A stretch of DNA of 63,826 nt, counting the filler, from Choristocarpus tenellus KU-1152 (Eukaryota > Protista > Phaeophyceae): the NCBI GenBank assembly GCA_964200185.2. It is 9 parts of 9 records of this genome, joined end to end, with 100 filler letters (N's around TTAATTAATTAA, not from the genome) between each part and the next. Parts side by side here need not be neighbours in the genome. Positions count along the whole stretch, not along the records: positions 23,141 to 30,718 come from CAXNAD020005938.1; positions 30,819 to 41,016 come from CAXNAD020003083.1; positions 41,117 to 45,251 come from CAXNAD020016043.1; positions 45,352 to 52,945 come from CAXNAD020005907.1; 5 more parts are not named here. One strand, given 5' to 3'. Shown here piece by piece: positions 25,261 to 52,499 of the stretch (positions are counted from its first letter, which is position 1; each line of letters opens with the position of its first letter). Position numbers and translations under genes: made by a program. Under the pieces are notes generated by a model. That model saw only the letters and a list, made by a program, of their open reading frames with translations, was not told the origin of the DNA and ran no database searches.

Positions 25261-28200
25261 ATGACAACAACTGGAAATGGAGTTAGACGAGGATGCAGGA
25301 GGGTTGGTGCGGAAGTGAGTTAAAAATTGTTCTCAAGATCCCATAGCAGCAGCGATAGGCAAATGTGGAGATGCCTTTCCGCCATGGAGGGACCAATTAA
25401 CAATTGCATGATGTCTCTATCTTTCCTCAAATCAAATGCTTGTCTACTGCAGTGTATGTTAGTTCACTTCTGAAGGAGAAGTCCTCAGACCATACATTTA
25501 TCTCAACATGACCACAGACGACTCACTTGGATCTGGTTAACCACAGCGCAACAATTTGAATTGTCTACGCTAGAACCTAGGATCTCAAAGTACTGTAGGA
25601 CCTGGCATTTCATCCATTCTTAGTGGTCTTTTTGAGTCAGGGAGAGCTCAGGGGTCGAGCTATGCCAGGGTAGAAAGTGGACTAGGTAATCCCTACCTCT
25701 GGATGAAAACTGCATCAGGTATATATTTTGAACCCTATCGCTTTCGCATTAGGAGCATGCACTTACAAGATACTTCGAAGCACTCATGATTATATATACA
25801 CATCTTTATCATTCTTACTCAATTATTGTTCTGGATCCCAGTGTCAGGTATTGTTGTGACCAACGCTTGGTGTTCCAGCAGGCAAACAGGTGGGTGATTT
25901 GGGAGATCGCACCTTTTTAGATCCTTAACATATATGTAGAGAAGTAGCTCATCTTGCAGTCAATTGGGAGAAACCTTTCCAGCTCGGCACGTGTTGGTTT
26001 CCCATCATTTGGGCATGAGATAGAGGTGTTCACACCCAAAGAATGAGGTCCTTGAGGCACCGCAGGATCTCAACCCAGGTATGATCTGCTATTGACGTTA
26101 CTGGATAGTATTATGTGGAAAGATGATATGATAGACTTTTTTCCGGGAAATGTATTACAAGTTGGAAGATGAGAGAATTTATATTATATAATAGCTCTAG
26201 TGGAGCACATACGAGACCCCCTGCTAAGAGAAGCCACTATTCCTCATGACCTAGGCGCACTGTATTCTGATTTGAACACAGGATATCAAGTTTTCTTGTC
26301 CTTGCACAATCTCCATCTGCAACACTCACCCTGAACACGATTGGTCTTTCGTCATTTCACGACATGTAAAAACTGCACATGTTCACCTCTAACAAATTCC
26401 TGCTGGTTGTTGTGGAAAGCTCTGGGGAATGTGCTTCGTCTAGAGTTCACGCAATTGCTTCCGTGCATGTTGTGACCCATCTTTCATCCTCCCACTGCAA
26501 TACCATGCTATATCAAAGTTAGGAAACATGTATAGTCATAGAAATATTTCCCGACAACTTGAATCCCTTCCATATCCGTTTCATATCCGTTTCATTCCAG
26601 GTCTGGCCTGTCTTCGACCAGGAAAGGCTCGAGTGGTTCTTCCCTAGACATTTCCAGGCACGTTGAAATGCTCAGGGGAACCCCCCGTGTCATACTCTTT
26701 TAACTTCTTCAAATGAAGGTTAGGGTAATTTTCCACGCACAGGTAAGAGTTAGCATCAGGGTAAGGACTAGATTGTCGAAAATGAGCGCGAGGAAGTGAA
26801 AAGTGGCGGATCCTTGAGAGGTTGTGGTTAATCAGTGCACACTATATTCCTCCACCACTTATTGCAGAATGTTTACTTTGCTGGTTCAGGATATTTTCCC
26901 CATACAGTGGGAGTTAGGTTAGGGTTTCAAAAATTCATCCAAAAAAACAAAAAAAAATACTGTGGAGGTTCCCCAAGGACAGTGGGAGTTCCTGAAGACA
27001 GGGGGGTTCCTTGTTCACTACACCTTCAGGATGGACAGACGTGACTAGAAGTTATCGACGATTAAGAAAATGAAAAATATGGATTTCTTACACGAGGAAG
27101 TGTAAAGAACAATGTGTCCAGGTCTTGCTCAGATAGTTATGATGACAATATTGTGAAGAAACCCTAAGTCTATCGCTGGATGCACATATGCACGTCTCTA
27201 CTCGGAATTAATGTAGAGGCAAGACCTCCTCGGAGTGTTCATTGCACTACGAGAAATGTCGCCATGGTAGTTGACCAGGAGGGAAAACAATAGGGGTATA
27301 CTTGGTCCTTTTTGTTATAATGTTGAATATTACCTACAGCATATATATATATATATACCCCTCTGCCCAAATCTGGTTGAAACCTCTTACATTATACTTC
27401 TGGACACCACCACCACCTGTAGTTGGAAGGACTTCCACATAGTGTAAGAGGCGTTATACATACATACTATGACATTCATCCAGGTCGTACCAGATTTGGC
27501 CTCCTCACGAATTTGAACTTCAAGTTAAGGGTAGGTGTGAAGAGTGGTGCTACTATTATCGTTTTGATCGAACACAGTGACGTCCACTGCTCTCATCACA
27601 ACCAAAAAGGTTTGCATGACCAGCAACAAGTGCAACAGTGTAATGTTAGCGTATCTAACACAAAAGGTCATGGTTGACAATAAATAGATGGGAGTTAGTT
27701 GTGGAAATCAGAAGTTAGGTGAAGTATATAGAGGACGATGGAAAGCAAGATGATCAGTACGTCTACAAGTAGTGTTTTTTTTTACAGGTACAATAAAACA
27801 ATATATGGTTATTCCCAGTTGTCACGTTCCCGGAAATCTTTGTCTTTATGGTAGTTCAAGAATAGATTATCACTTGTGATATTAGGGATATTTTTCTAGA
27901 TGTGATGAAAGAAATACCCCATATATAGAACAATGTAGGAAGTATTTCATGAAAAGGGTCTTACATTCGTAACTTTAAGGACATCTACACAATCCTTCTG
28001 TATCCTACCTTTGACCTTCTATGTTGGGGGAGGAGTTAGGGAAGCATCCCAAGCATGGTCTTTAGGTTAAGGCAGATGGTGTTACTTCAAGGAGTCACTT
28101 GTGGATTACAAAGGATATTTGTGTGAAGTGATAGAGCGGTGTTGTCTTTTTCTCCTATTCCAATAGATCTGTTTCTAACCTATCCACAGAACTAACTCTA

Positions 28201-31200
28201 TACATAGGTTCATCATTGTTGTTTCTATTCTAGAGTAAAATATTACTGTTTAAATTTCCCAGCAATTTATTCCATCGATCAAATAGTGAATAAGTATCTA
28301 GATATTTATTTCATTCTAAGACTATTTTTTGTCTTGTTCTAAACTATATGCGTCATATTTTTGGGGGAGGTGAAAGTATAGGACATCTTCTCACAATATA
28401 TTCTAATATACACACCTTTTACAGCTATATTTCCAGTATGTTCCAGGACATCATCTTTCTTTCAAGGTCAACCGACCTACATCGCTTACCAGTACTTCTG
28501 TATGTAGACCTTAAAAAACACACACAATATTGGGCCAATCAGACGCAAACCAATAGGAAAATATGTATCACCAACGCTTTCAGGTGTTCTCAACACCACC
28601 TCCACCACCACTATTTCTTGGATCAGGCAGTTTGAAGCTACCCTTACATGTCACTTGTACTTCAAGATGTTAAACTCGTTCATCCTTCATCTAGTCCTGT
28701 AGGTTTAAGATCCTGCGGATTACAGACGCATGTATAGGTTGCCAACAACGTTTGGAGTGTACGTTGTTCAATATGAACGAGTGTTGGGGGCAACTACGAG
28801 CAGACCAAGAAGGTGCCTGTGAAAGACCAAGCAATAAGGATTGTTTCCTCTTTGCAGGATTGCGAGCATATACCCCATTGATCCATATATGCCCAGGACT
28901 TAGCAGGCACCAATATTGAGGGCGAAGCTTCGTTACCTTAGGTAATATTTCGGTCATGGAGGAAGGAAGGAAGGGGTTGTCTGGACTGGTACACAAGACT
29001 CCAACTCCGCACAGGTCGAAGTGTGCACAGGGCTGGTATCCGCTCTAAAAGATACGATGGCCTCCGCAACTGAAGGTATTATTGGGGCGACGGCATGGGG
29101 GGTAGGTAAGGACACCACCAGCGACAAAGTCTGAGTGATTGTAGTATTAGTTCATATCCTACATGGTAACATGTTAGTGGGAATGAATGAAATGTTTGAC
29201 TTAATAATGTAGAGAATTGGAACATGAACTGGTCGAGTTGGGAGAGGACGACTACGTAATGACAAGTTTGTTTGTATCATAAGATCATCTTGGGTTTTTT
29301 TTTACGTTCCACACAGTGACGGTGGAAAGGCGGCAGCACATAGGATTGTCACACCACGTCTTCTCATTAAAATTTGCATGGAAGAATGTAAGGACAACAG
29401 CGCCAGTTTAGACAAAAATGTGGGCTAAGTCGGAGGGTGCATAAGAGATTTGTACATGTCTTTTGCATCATTCTTTATACGCTGCAGTGTTACTTGTAGC
29501 TTTATCGGTATCCGGTGCTGCTGTGGTTGGTGTCGCCAGCATATATTTTTGCGCTGTTTGGGCACACTGAGTTTTGTGCTAGGTGTGGTTTCTGCGTTAT
29601 GTTTTTCCTGATATTTCCATATTGGTGATCAAATCGAACCATTGTTAGGAGAGGAATCAAGCATCGTTGGCTATGGTACATTTCTGACTACACCAATGAG
29701 AATGACCTTTGCATTCTAGTTCATCGCTCGTTAAATTTGTTCCTCCCCTTGCAGATACACAGTGCAGTTAAAATTTGTCTTATTCTCTCTAGTCCCCATC
29801 CTTAATTCACATATTATTTTGACATCTCTGGTCCTGCATCCCACCACTCGTTTGTTGTTGCTCTTTCTTTCCCTCAATCCCACTGTTATTAGTCCACATA
29901 TAAAATGCCCCATTGTGCCTTATGTTTTTTCCCCATGACTATGTGCACCCTTCGATTCAAGACTCACTTGTCATCCCGGCTCCTGTTCCATGACTTTATG
30001 TTGTCCTGCTATTTAATTATACTTTTCTTCACTCCCACTATGCATCTTGCACTTGTCTGAATGCATTGATGCAGCCCAGTGTTTGCATAACTTTCTTCAA
30101 CTAGCAGTAGAATAATGTTCCCACTCCTCTTTGTGTGAAGTTGCTTTGAGGCACTCAAATTTTGCAAACGTTTCCCTACTCAGCACTCCATGCCTAAGTC
30201 GATTCGTTGTCGATGCCCAATTCTTTTGACTCTCCCATACCTCCTGCGTTTGATGCTGCTACTATGATACATCTCTCTGTACTCGCCCCTAAAGGTCTGC
30301 ACTGGTTCTTCAATTCATGACTTTGCGCCGTCTCAGGTAAACTACTCCTACCCTGACCCATGATCTCAAACACATTTTTTACCCTCTTCCGCGCCAACAC
30401 GCTTGGCTCCTGGTTAATTTATATTTCCAATAAGATGGTCAGTGTTCAAATCCCAGAAACGTGGTGATATCGAAGTACTTTTATCGTGGGATGTGGGATC
30501 TTGGACATTACAATTGAAGAGTTCATCGGGACATGGTTTGAGGTAAGCCCCCTTTCCACGAGAGAGTAGTCTTGATGACACAACAGTGGAGAGAGTACTC
30601 ACCACACTGATTATTCAATGATGTAGTAGTGTTACAGGCGCCCCTCAATGCTCACCTTCCAGGATGTACAACTCAAATCCAGTTCCCAGATTATCGAACA
30701 TCAGCTCAGCAGAACAGGNNNNNNNNNNNNNNNNNNNNNNNNNNNNNNNNNNNNNNNNNNNNTTAATTAATTAANNNNNNNNNNNNNNNNNNNNNNNNNN
30801 NNNNNNNNNNNNNNNNNNCCCCCCCACAGATACTTTGAGCCGATGTTCTGCAACAACATTACAAATTACAACACCATACAGCTACATTTACCTCTGATTT
30901 TTTAGTTTGTAAGTATAGAATTATAAATTAAAAGAACTAGTAGTAGTAATATTTTTATTCTTGTGTGTCCTCTCTTAGTCATCAGTTTGAACAGCTAAGT
31001 TAATATGGGAGACTATAATTGTACAATATATTATGTCTATTGTATTAAGGTTTATGTTTTCTTTATAGGGGTCTTGAAGAAGATTCCGTTGTGAGGGTAT
31101 ACCCTTAAATGTGAGTGAAATGGGACCTCTAATCTGCTTGTTCTGCGCTGCCCACTATGAAGCTTCAAGAAACGCCTTACCAATGCAGTATAAAACCTAC

Positions 31201-32354
31201 CCTGCAAAAAAACTGTTTGAATCGATGCTGAACAGAGATATTATAATTCTACTATAATAAATAAGAATATCATTTGTGCAGTTTGCGTAAGGATTTAAAT
31301 ATAATAATATTTATTATTATTATATATTAAAAAAAAAATACAGCAATGGGAGAAGATAAGAATAAAAAAAAATTGAAGTGGTACACACATACACACCCTT
31401 TAAATATTTTTGCTTGTTTCTTGGACAGAGGGTGTTACTGACCAACAATGGACTCGAGTGCTCTCCAAACAATAGAGAGGGAGTTTTGTAATAGAGAGCC
31501 CATGCCCCCCCCCCTCAAGGAAAGTCCTGGGCAATGGTGATCACAGAGCAGATGATTGGTTTGAGTGTTTGGTGTATGATTCAGAGATAGATGGAGATAG
31601 AGGTAGAGATAGACCTCATGAGTGAGGATGATGATTGGTTAGAGTGTTTGGTGTGTATTTAAGAGAAACATAGTTAGAGATAGAGACAGAGATAGAGATA
31701 GAGAGGCCTCATGAGTGTGAACCATGGATGAAAGTGTTTTATTGGTTGTTTTAGTTTGATATTTTTATTTTTTATTTTTCTTCTGGTCTTTTTTTTGTTT
31801 CATACATATATTTTCAGAACAGGAGAATATACTATCAAATAATTTGTGAAATAATGATAATGATACTGATAGTAATATTCTTGTGTGTAAGGATGTGATT
31901 GATGTTGTAGACTAGCAAGAGTGTTGGGCAAGAGGTGATTAATAGTGTGATGATTGTGTGGCAATGGCAATAGGTGTTGTAGACTTGTTTGATTAACACT
32001 GGAATAATGGTGTAGTGGTGCAGTGGTGTAGTTGAAACTAGATGTGGAGGAAATGGCTTGGTTGCTATGTATATGCTATATGCCTTGTGGTGTGTAGTAC
32101 GTAGTTTCTGGACAATGAGTGTTACAGAGTAAGTTGGACCAGTTGGGGTGCTGATGGGCATTAACGGCCTAATATGACTGATCAATCTATTACTACTATT
32201 ATTATTATAATTATTGTTATTATTATCACTATTTTTATTGTTATTATTATTACTATTATTATTATTTAGGGTAACAACGATGTCGGAGTCCATGTTTTCT
32301 GAATGAACAATGATGTGAAGTAGTATTTATTGTTATAGTTTACCTCCACAAGTC

Positions 32355-32379
32355 AGGGTTAGGGTTAGGGTTAGGGTTA
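32355..32379. repeat. Interstitial telomeric repeat (TTAGGG)x4
   Basis: AGGGTTAGGGTTAGGGTTAGGGTTA. Many shorter runs occur across this contig. Confidence 0.9.
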
Positions 32380-33379
32380 CATATTTCTAGAGTAGATTTT
32401 TATGTTGAATGGTTACATTCATTTTCGATGAATACAAAATGTTTTTTTTTTTGTGATAATTTGTTTTTCTCATTTCTTCTCTTTCTCGTTTAGTGCTCTG
32501 GTAGCATGTTAGGGTTAGGGTTAAATGGTTTTCCAACCATTGGTTGGATTACTCTCCTGCGTGTGGGTACTATCAATACTGTAAGGTAGAAGGATAAAAA
32601 TATCTTTTTTTTGTATTTAATTCTAATTAACTATGTAGTCTTAGGTACTAATAGTACTATATGGGTAGTACATAATATGTTTATGCTATCCCTAACCCTA
32701 AGCTAAAAAAATAAATTATAACAATGTAATGCAAAGGGTCTTTGAAACAGGAGTTATACACCCTGCTGCATTTTTGTGCTGGTTTGAGGTTTAAGGTTAT
32801 GGTTAGACTAAGGGTTCTATGGTAGAATGTTTAATGTCTTGTTTAGGGTTAGAGAATGGCGGTCAGGTTTAAGATTCAAGGTAGGAATATTACTAGGAGA
32901 GGGTTGGACTTATATCCCTCCCTTTTGAGTGTCTTGTAACAGCAAGAGGGTGTCCATATATTATTTTTATTATTATTGTTTTATGATTTTGGTTAGTATG
33001 GTTTTGTTTTACTGATAGTTTGGCTTGACTATGTGGTGACAGAAATATTTTATTATTATTATTATTGTTTTACTGATAGTTTGGCTTGAATATGTAATGA
33101 CAGAAACATTTTATTAATATTATTGTTTTAGTTTGGCTTGACTATGTAATGACAGAAACCAATTGCAGTATATTGAATTTGCCTTAATCCACCCTAACCA
33201 TCTTATACTTTGGGTTACGATTATTTTATCAGTTGCACTGTCTATTTTTTTGATAACTGACTAACACCATCTTGTTCTGTGGGTGTAGTATAGGGTTAGG
33301 GTTAAATTATGTGGTGTGATCCAAATAAAATTAGTAATACCAACAATGTACCATATGTTACATTTTATTATTAATACTA

Positions 33380-33620
33380 TACCATGCATTATATACCATT
33401 TAATGTTAACATTAAAATACCATGCATTATATAGTATGTTCTATTCTATTCTGTATACCATTTTATGTTAACAATACTATACTATGTGTAAAATGTCCTT
33501 AATGCTGTATTATTTTATGTTAACAATACTATACCATGTGTAAAATGTCCTTAATACTGTATTATTTTATGTTAACTATACTATACTATATGTAAAACGT
33601 CCTTAATACTGTACTATATA
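33380..33620. repeat. ~52-bp AT-rich tandem repeat (about 3 good units plus degenerate ones)
   Basis: TTTTATGTTAACAATACTATAC.ATGTGTAAAATGTCCTTAAT at ~33461, 33513 and 33565. Confidence 0.8.
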
Positions 33621-33983
33621 TTATATAAAGATACTCTTACTATTCCCACTTATGTGAAGATAGAGGAAGAGATTCATTGGTATCCCATATGTTCTCCTAT
33701 TTTAATTTTTTTAAGGTCAGTGTTAGGGTTAGGGTTCTAAAATGCACTTTTTTCTCTTTACAATGACCAATATTGTTACTGAAAGTTTTTGTCTATGTAT
33801 GATTGGCGTTTTTTCAGCACACCTCTCAGTTACAGAGAGGTTTTTTATACATAAGGCTGGAAGAAAATATATCTCTACATATAGAAGAAAAATTGTTTTG
33901 TTAACATAAATATTTATTTCTGTTATTATAATATTATTTATTACTATTATTATTATTTATTTATTTTTACATGTGATTGGCAG

Positions 33984-40445
<6,462 letters not shown>

Positions 40446-41206
40446 GTATTTAATTTATTAATTTAATTTCATACAGTATGTAGTGTACAATAGCACTACA
40501 ATAATGTTGGGTCTGGCCTCTCTCGACCAAGGTGGGTGTAGCTAAGTGTCTCTGTAAGTGAGTATATTTGATGTGTTTTTGATGGTCACAGTCATGACTC
40601 TTGGTGTACGGTTGTCATCTGAGCAAAGTTTTTGTTTTTATTTCACAGATATACATATATACACTTGGGAAGGTGCAGTCGAGACAGCTGGGCTGTCACT
40701 AAAGAAATTAATATTAATTTTTTATTGAAAAGATGAAAACAGTCTTTTTTTATTTTTTATACTTCAGTATTGGAGAGGGGTACTTTTTATTTTTTATCTC
40801 CAGGAGTATTATTAATTTTATTATATATTATTATTTATAATATGGAGTGGTTGTACTGGCTGGTGTGGTCTTTCTTGAGTGTCCTCTTTTCTGTTCTGTA
40901 GTTTAACTCTTCTATGTGCATGTATTATTCAGTTCAAATAGTTAAATTTGAGGAGGGGGGGGGGGGGGGGCACGACTCTGGGTTTTTGTGTTCTTATGCA
41001 GGGCTTGGGTATGATGNNNNNNNNNNNNNNNNNNNNNNNNNNNNNNNNNNNNNNNNNNNNTTAATTAATTAANNNNNNNNNNNNNNNNNNNNNNNNNNNN
41101 NNNNNNNNNNNNNNNNGGGAGGGGAAGAGGCGCGCGCGCTACGCTACCTACACCTTACTTACATCAACTACATAATTAAAAAAATGCAAGACTTTTGCGG
41201 TGAGGA

Positions 41207-41310
41207 GCGTGAAGTAGGACGCACGTAGCGTGAAGTAGGACGCACGTAGCGTGAAGTAGGACGCACGTAGCGTGAAGTAGGACGCACGTAGCGTGAAGTA
41301 GGACGCACAT
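41207..41310. repeat. 21-bp near-perfect tandem repeat (5 units)
   Basis: Unit GCGTGAAGTAGGACGCACGTA, no spacers. Confidence 0.95.
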
Positions 41311-41632
41311 AGGTTGATATACTCACAACCATTTCGAGGTACGCCCCGGAGCCGATATACTCACAACCAAATATCCAAGAATCATTCCGTGTATCACAAG
41401 AGCAAAGGCAGCGCACACACCACACTGTGTACCACGAGTGTAACCCCTTACGAGAGTACCATTCCATGAGAGTACCATTCGTAGAAGACTTACGATTAAC
41501 TTCTCGTGTCATTCCCAATTCAGCACACACCATTCTAGGGCATCACTATGGACAAGAAAATCACACAACAGCATGCATGCAAAAAAGAAAAATAGTGTTT
41601 TTTTATGTTTTTTTAATCATTGACAGCAGTTC

Positions 41633-41670
<38 letters not shown>

Positions 41671-42430
41671 ACAAACATCGTTTCAATCTAAGCAGCAAGT
41701 TACTCGTCTGAAGAATACCAGCAGCAGTAACAGCATTAGCACCCATATAGGATCAGCAGGTAGCATTTAAATAGTGGCAAAAAAGTTCCACCCTGCTCTT
41801 GTTTTCTTAATCAAATACTTCTTCACATAAAGAGAATTAACAGCAGCAGACTAGAAAGATGACGTTCCTCAAATCATTTGTTGGCTGCAAAAAAGAAACA
41901 CCTCTCTTCAAAAAATAAGGTCTTATCTCGGAACTAAAAAAAAAATCACTCAAAGTATGTGTCTCCCTAAGCAGACAACTCAGAGTCGTAAGTAGAGTCC
42001 AAATTATATCCTCACAAAATTTCGGGGAAAACACACACACACACACACACACACAGGAATAGGTACTATCATCTCAGCACTAAAATCACTTGAAATATGT
42101 ATGTTATTACGCACGACTCAGAGTTCTAAGTAGTAAGTTCTAATTATTATTATTATTTTGAAAACAAAAAGAAACACACGCAGATAGTTACAATTACAAC
42201 AGGAATTCAGATCTGTGGATACTATACACCAACCTTAACACCTTACAAGATCGTACCACGCAAAAGGTGGTACAAAATAACATTAAAAAATTACAAATGA
42301 AGCATGACGACAGTATACCAAGGATGGCACACAATTCATTGCCTGGCCGTATCTATCTGCCGGGGGGNNNNNNNNNNCACAAACAGAATACAAGTCAGAG
42401 ATGTATCGGCCCGGTGTGGGGGCGTTGGCG

Positions 42431-42466
<36 letters not shown>

Positions 42467-44200
42467 AAATCTCCATACACCTCAAGACAGACACAGTAAC
42501 GTAAGACTCACATGCAAACATCAACGCTATTGTACTTGGAGTCTATACTTAAATGTAAATACTACTGCATCACATCAAATACTGAAGAGTAAGGAAAAAA
42601 AATAAACAAGCGCTACAGGAGGGGCTCGGACTAGACACGGAAAGAGTATGTACATCGAGGAGAGAGAGGCAAGAGGCATGACAATCAAACACATATGGGA
42701 GAGAGGGTCTAACCAAAGACAGTGTGTGTAAAGATCGAAGATCGTATTCAAGTATAAGGGTACCATACACGATACAAGGAGCAAAGCTGATTAGAGTAGA
42801 GCCCCCCTCACACGTATGACGCACGTATGAAAAACCCTTGAGTGGAAGCCCACAAGCTTGAGATGAGAGCCAGTACCCACAAAGCACACACACACGAGGC
42901 ATAAGATGGAATAGATGGCCCAATCACTAGTTTGCCGTTATATTTCAATAAATATAAGTAATAGCTTAGTAAGGGACTTGTGTAGGTGGACACACAAGCA
43001 AGAGCACCGGTGCTCCTAATGCACATTTCCATAGTTAACAGATGGGTGGTCTACCCTCAACAATTAAGATTACACGATACGTATGCGAGTACCCTCCCCC
43101 CCGGCCCCGGAGCTTGCTTTTTTACTTTTTTTTCTATAGACCGTGGTGAACAAAAAAGTTAAAATCATGGTAGCCACACCATGCAAGGAGTATAGACAAA
43201 TTGCAGTGATGCAAACAACAGTGGAAATTGTCACATGTTGAAATACTATTATGAAAACAAGAATATATACATTTGCACAAACAGAATGACCAACAAGTGA
43301 CACGTTCTGCCAATAGTATGATGCAATAGCTGCCCTAACCCTGACCCTAGTCCTGAGACTAAACCTGTCAATCGTTGCCGCTGCGACAACCTTTTCCCGC
43401 TTCTTGTTCACATAGTCCAGGAAAACAGTAATCACAAGTCATCGCTCGTTACATACTAACTACTCTAAAAAAAATGACGTGGTCATGTTAAACACATCAA
43501 CTGAAACATCATGAGAAGGCTATAGCCCTAACCCGAGGTGACAGGAAAAAAAGATCCAAATAAAATATTCCTTCTCAAGGTATTACTGTAACCCATGCCA
43601 ATCTTGGCAATAAAACTATGCACATGTCTATCAATTTGAAATCTAAAGACGAAATTCTCTCTCCACCCTACCCTTTTTATACGCTGATCTCAATAACCCC
43701 CATTTCAACATCTAACTGTACTTCACTTCCAAACCTTCCCTATGGACATCCCTTGACAATTGTGGCATGCTTAATGCACGTCGCACTGCACCTTCTCTGC
43801 CTTTTGCTTTTGTGTGTAGTCCAGCATGGTGTTCGCAAGGGTCACAACCACAAGGACACAACCCAGCTCAAAAGCTTCCCAACTGCTCGCCTCTTCAATG
43901 GCAAACATCTAAGGATGAACAAGACAGTGCGGTAAGAAAACACCTTGATGCCTGTATATTTTTAAGAAGAGAAAAAGAGGGACAAAGCACACAAACTGGG
44001 CAGACACTACGCATCCAGTACAATTCCTATGATCGAACCAGATGCAACATACATCATCTTAAGACGAAAATTTGCTGTGTGAAGTCAACCATCAATTTCG
44101 AAGAGTAGCGTATCTAAATAGGAGAGGGCCAGGTCTTAAACTCCCTTCAGACCCACACCCCACACACCCCAAAGTCAACTCGCACTGCACAGTTTCATAC

Positions 44201-44874
44201 CAAGAAGGATAGGGAAGCGGCAAAGAGAAGCATCGAATTTAGAGGCTGACACAGCTCCCTCAAAAAGATCTTCCAGGCTGGGATCGCTCGTGGAGGCGTC
44301 AGAGAGTTAGGGCCCGTCATACCAAGCTCGTGCTCCGCTCGAACACTGTCCTTGCCTGCGCTTTGGTCAGGTCTCAAGGGGTCTAGACTGGTATGAAACC
44401 GTTCCGCAAGCTCTGGGATTGAAATTTTGTGCTCATCTAATCGCCTCACCACCTCTTCATCCGGTGACTGAACATCGCTTCCTTCCCTTATTATCCACTC
44501 AAGAATACTATTTGTTAAATGTTTCGACGTAACGTTTTCACACAACGGAATTGCGAGATAGGAGCACGAAAGAGGGCTAGGGTGTCAGCAGAAAGGTCCC
44601 AAGTTTTTCATATGATACAAGCTATCAAATATCTGCCTACGACAAGTTGGTGCTGACAAAGATTTGGAGGCACACAATGGTTCAATCCTGGAAACTTCTT
44701 TTGTGGCAAGTATCTCTGTTTGTGTGCCCACCTATCCTCTGTGGGAACTTGAATGTTGATGTGCTCATTTTCTTCTGCTTTGGAGGAATCCTCAACTTTC
44801 CTTTCCTGATTCGAATCACTGGACAGGAGACTCTGCTTGAGACCATCCTTGTCCGGTTTCCCTGGAAAGCTCAT
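44201..44874 (-). CDS. P-type ATPase, subfamily IIC (Na+/K+-ATPase alpha-like), first two exons
   Basis: Exon 1 44874-44732 (ATG...PTEDR|gtgggc) and exon 2 44486-44201 encode LDEHKISIPELAERFHTS...GPNSLTPPRAIPAWKIFLRELCQPLNSMLLFAASLSFL, the cation-ATPase N-terminal motif (DEH...GPNxLTPP..W) plus TM1. Later exons were not identified. Confidence 0.75.
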
Positions 44875-45351
44875 TCTCTTGTTTGAGGGGAAGGAATGTC
44901 TTTCAAAATAATTTTGAGGTAAAATTTCCCATTAACTCCCTGAACTATCGAACTTGATAAGCACCAACAGAGAAGAAATGGCAGGTTCGAACTCACACGT
45001 GGTGTTTGCTTATCGGCTGGGATGGGCTGATATTGATGTAGACTAAACACCTTTCATTGACATCCACTATGATCTCTTGGAGACCATGCCCAAAACATAA
45101 TCATCGAATATCATGTCATCATCCCGCGGGGTAAAAATATAACCAATCAAAACATATTTTAAATCGTTGGTGGAAGTGGATACATTCTACTCCAGAAAAT
45201 ATATACTGTCAGGGACAGGTTCCTTTTTGGGATCGCCGACACAAACTGTATNNNNNNNNNNNNNNNNNNNNNNNNNNNNNNNNNNNNNNNNNNNNTTAAT
45301 TAATTAANNNNNNNNNNNNNNNNNNNNNNNNNNNNNNNNNNNNNNNNNNNN

Positions 45352-51516
<6,165 letters not shown>

Positions 51517-52255
51517 CTTGTGAGATATATAAACGTGGCAGAAAGATGTGTGAGGGACAGTAGCTAACAATAATGATTATGGTGATTTGGATAAGGAGTA
51601 GGGTCAAGATCAACACTGACGAAGGCACCTTTATCAATTCATTTCTGAGGGTAGAGGAGATTGCAGGACAAATGCATGCTATCGGCTAGAAAAAAAAAGT
51701 GAAGTATTGATTGGTCGATTGGTGCATTTATCGCCCTTCAAGCTATCAATATCTCCTCCCTCAATATTTGGTACTACTTGGTTAGGTTGTGTCTTAACGG
51801 TGTTTTCTTTTTGTGAGTTGTAGACAGAAGGAAGGGCTCATGAGTCAGAAGTCGAAAAAGTCGTACTAGTACAAGATATCACAATATAAAATAACTGATA
51901 AAGCCAATTTCCACGGTTTTCTCCTACACCAATGGCAGTCACCTGTTCCAATAATAATACAAGCATCAAAATTTATAGTATTAACTTCGATTTTTCATAA
52001 GCCCTTTGTTGCATCCACAATTCACAACAACTAACCCATTAAAACATTGTCTCAGCGTTAGGAGTTGGACATGACAAGAAGATTGCACATGAATAAATAC
52101 TCCGGAGTATATATATATATATATATACATATGATGTAGGGGGGGATTAGAACAGGTTATATAGTTGTGGCGAGTAGTTGGGATAGGACAGGTATCAGGG
52201 AGCACCGAAATCCCGATAACGACCAAGTTTTTATTGCTAAGCAGGGAGGGAGCTT

Positions 52256-52499
52256 GGGTGAAAGTATCTTAGAGGGTACGAGTTTTGCCCTGTTTGTCCA
52301 TTTGGGGCTTGGCTTCCCATTTTTTTTAATGACATTTTCCTACTCCAAAATGTTTTTGTATACATTATGAAAAGGTGTGCCTGAAACGTAGATATTGACA
52401 CTTCCTAGCAAACATGATAGCCAAAATTACATCAAAATCGCAACGTAGGATTTTGACCCCCAAGTGGACGCGGCTCTACCCTCTAAGATACTTTGGCTC
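52256..52499 (-). mobile_element. MITE subfamily 1 copy (internal deletion removes half of the hairpin)
   Basis: GGGTGAAAGTATCTTAGAGGGTA ... TACCCTCTAAGATACTTTGGCTC; flanks ctt/ctt. Confidence 0.9.

Noticed and set aside
28691-29040. Cys-rich minus-strand ORF (YQPCAHFDLCG...)
   Set aside because: No recognisable family or splice structure; probably a decayed transposon fragment.
31835-32293. Asn-rich 152-aa ORF
   Set aside because: Derived from a (TAT)n microsatellite; no splice or homology support.
32355-32379. A true chromosome end
   Set aside because: Only four units, internal to the contig, with repeats in both orientations nearby.
41207-41310. 21-bp repeats (also the 20-, 23-, 29- and 49-bp arrays) as CRISPR arrays
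   Set aside because: Head-to-tail units with no unique spacers, no cas genes, and a eukaryotic intronic context.
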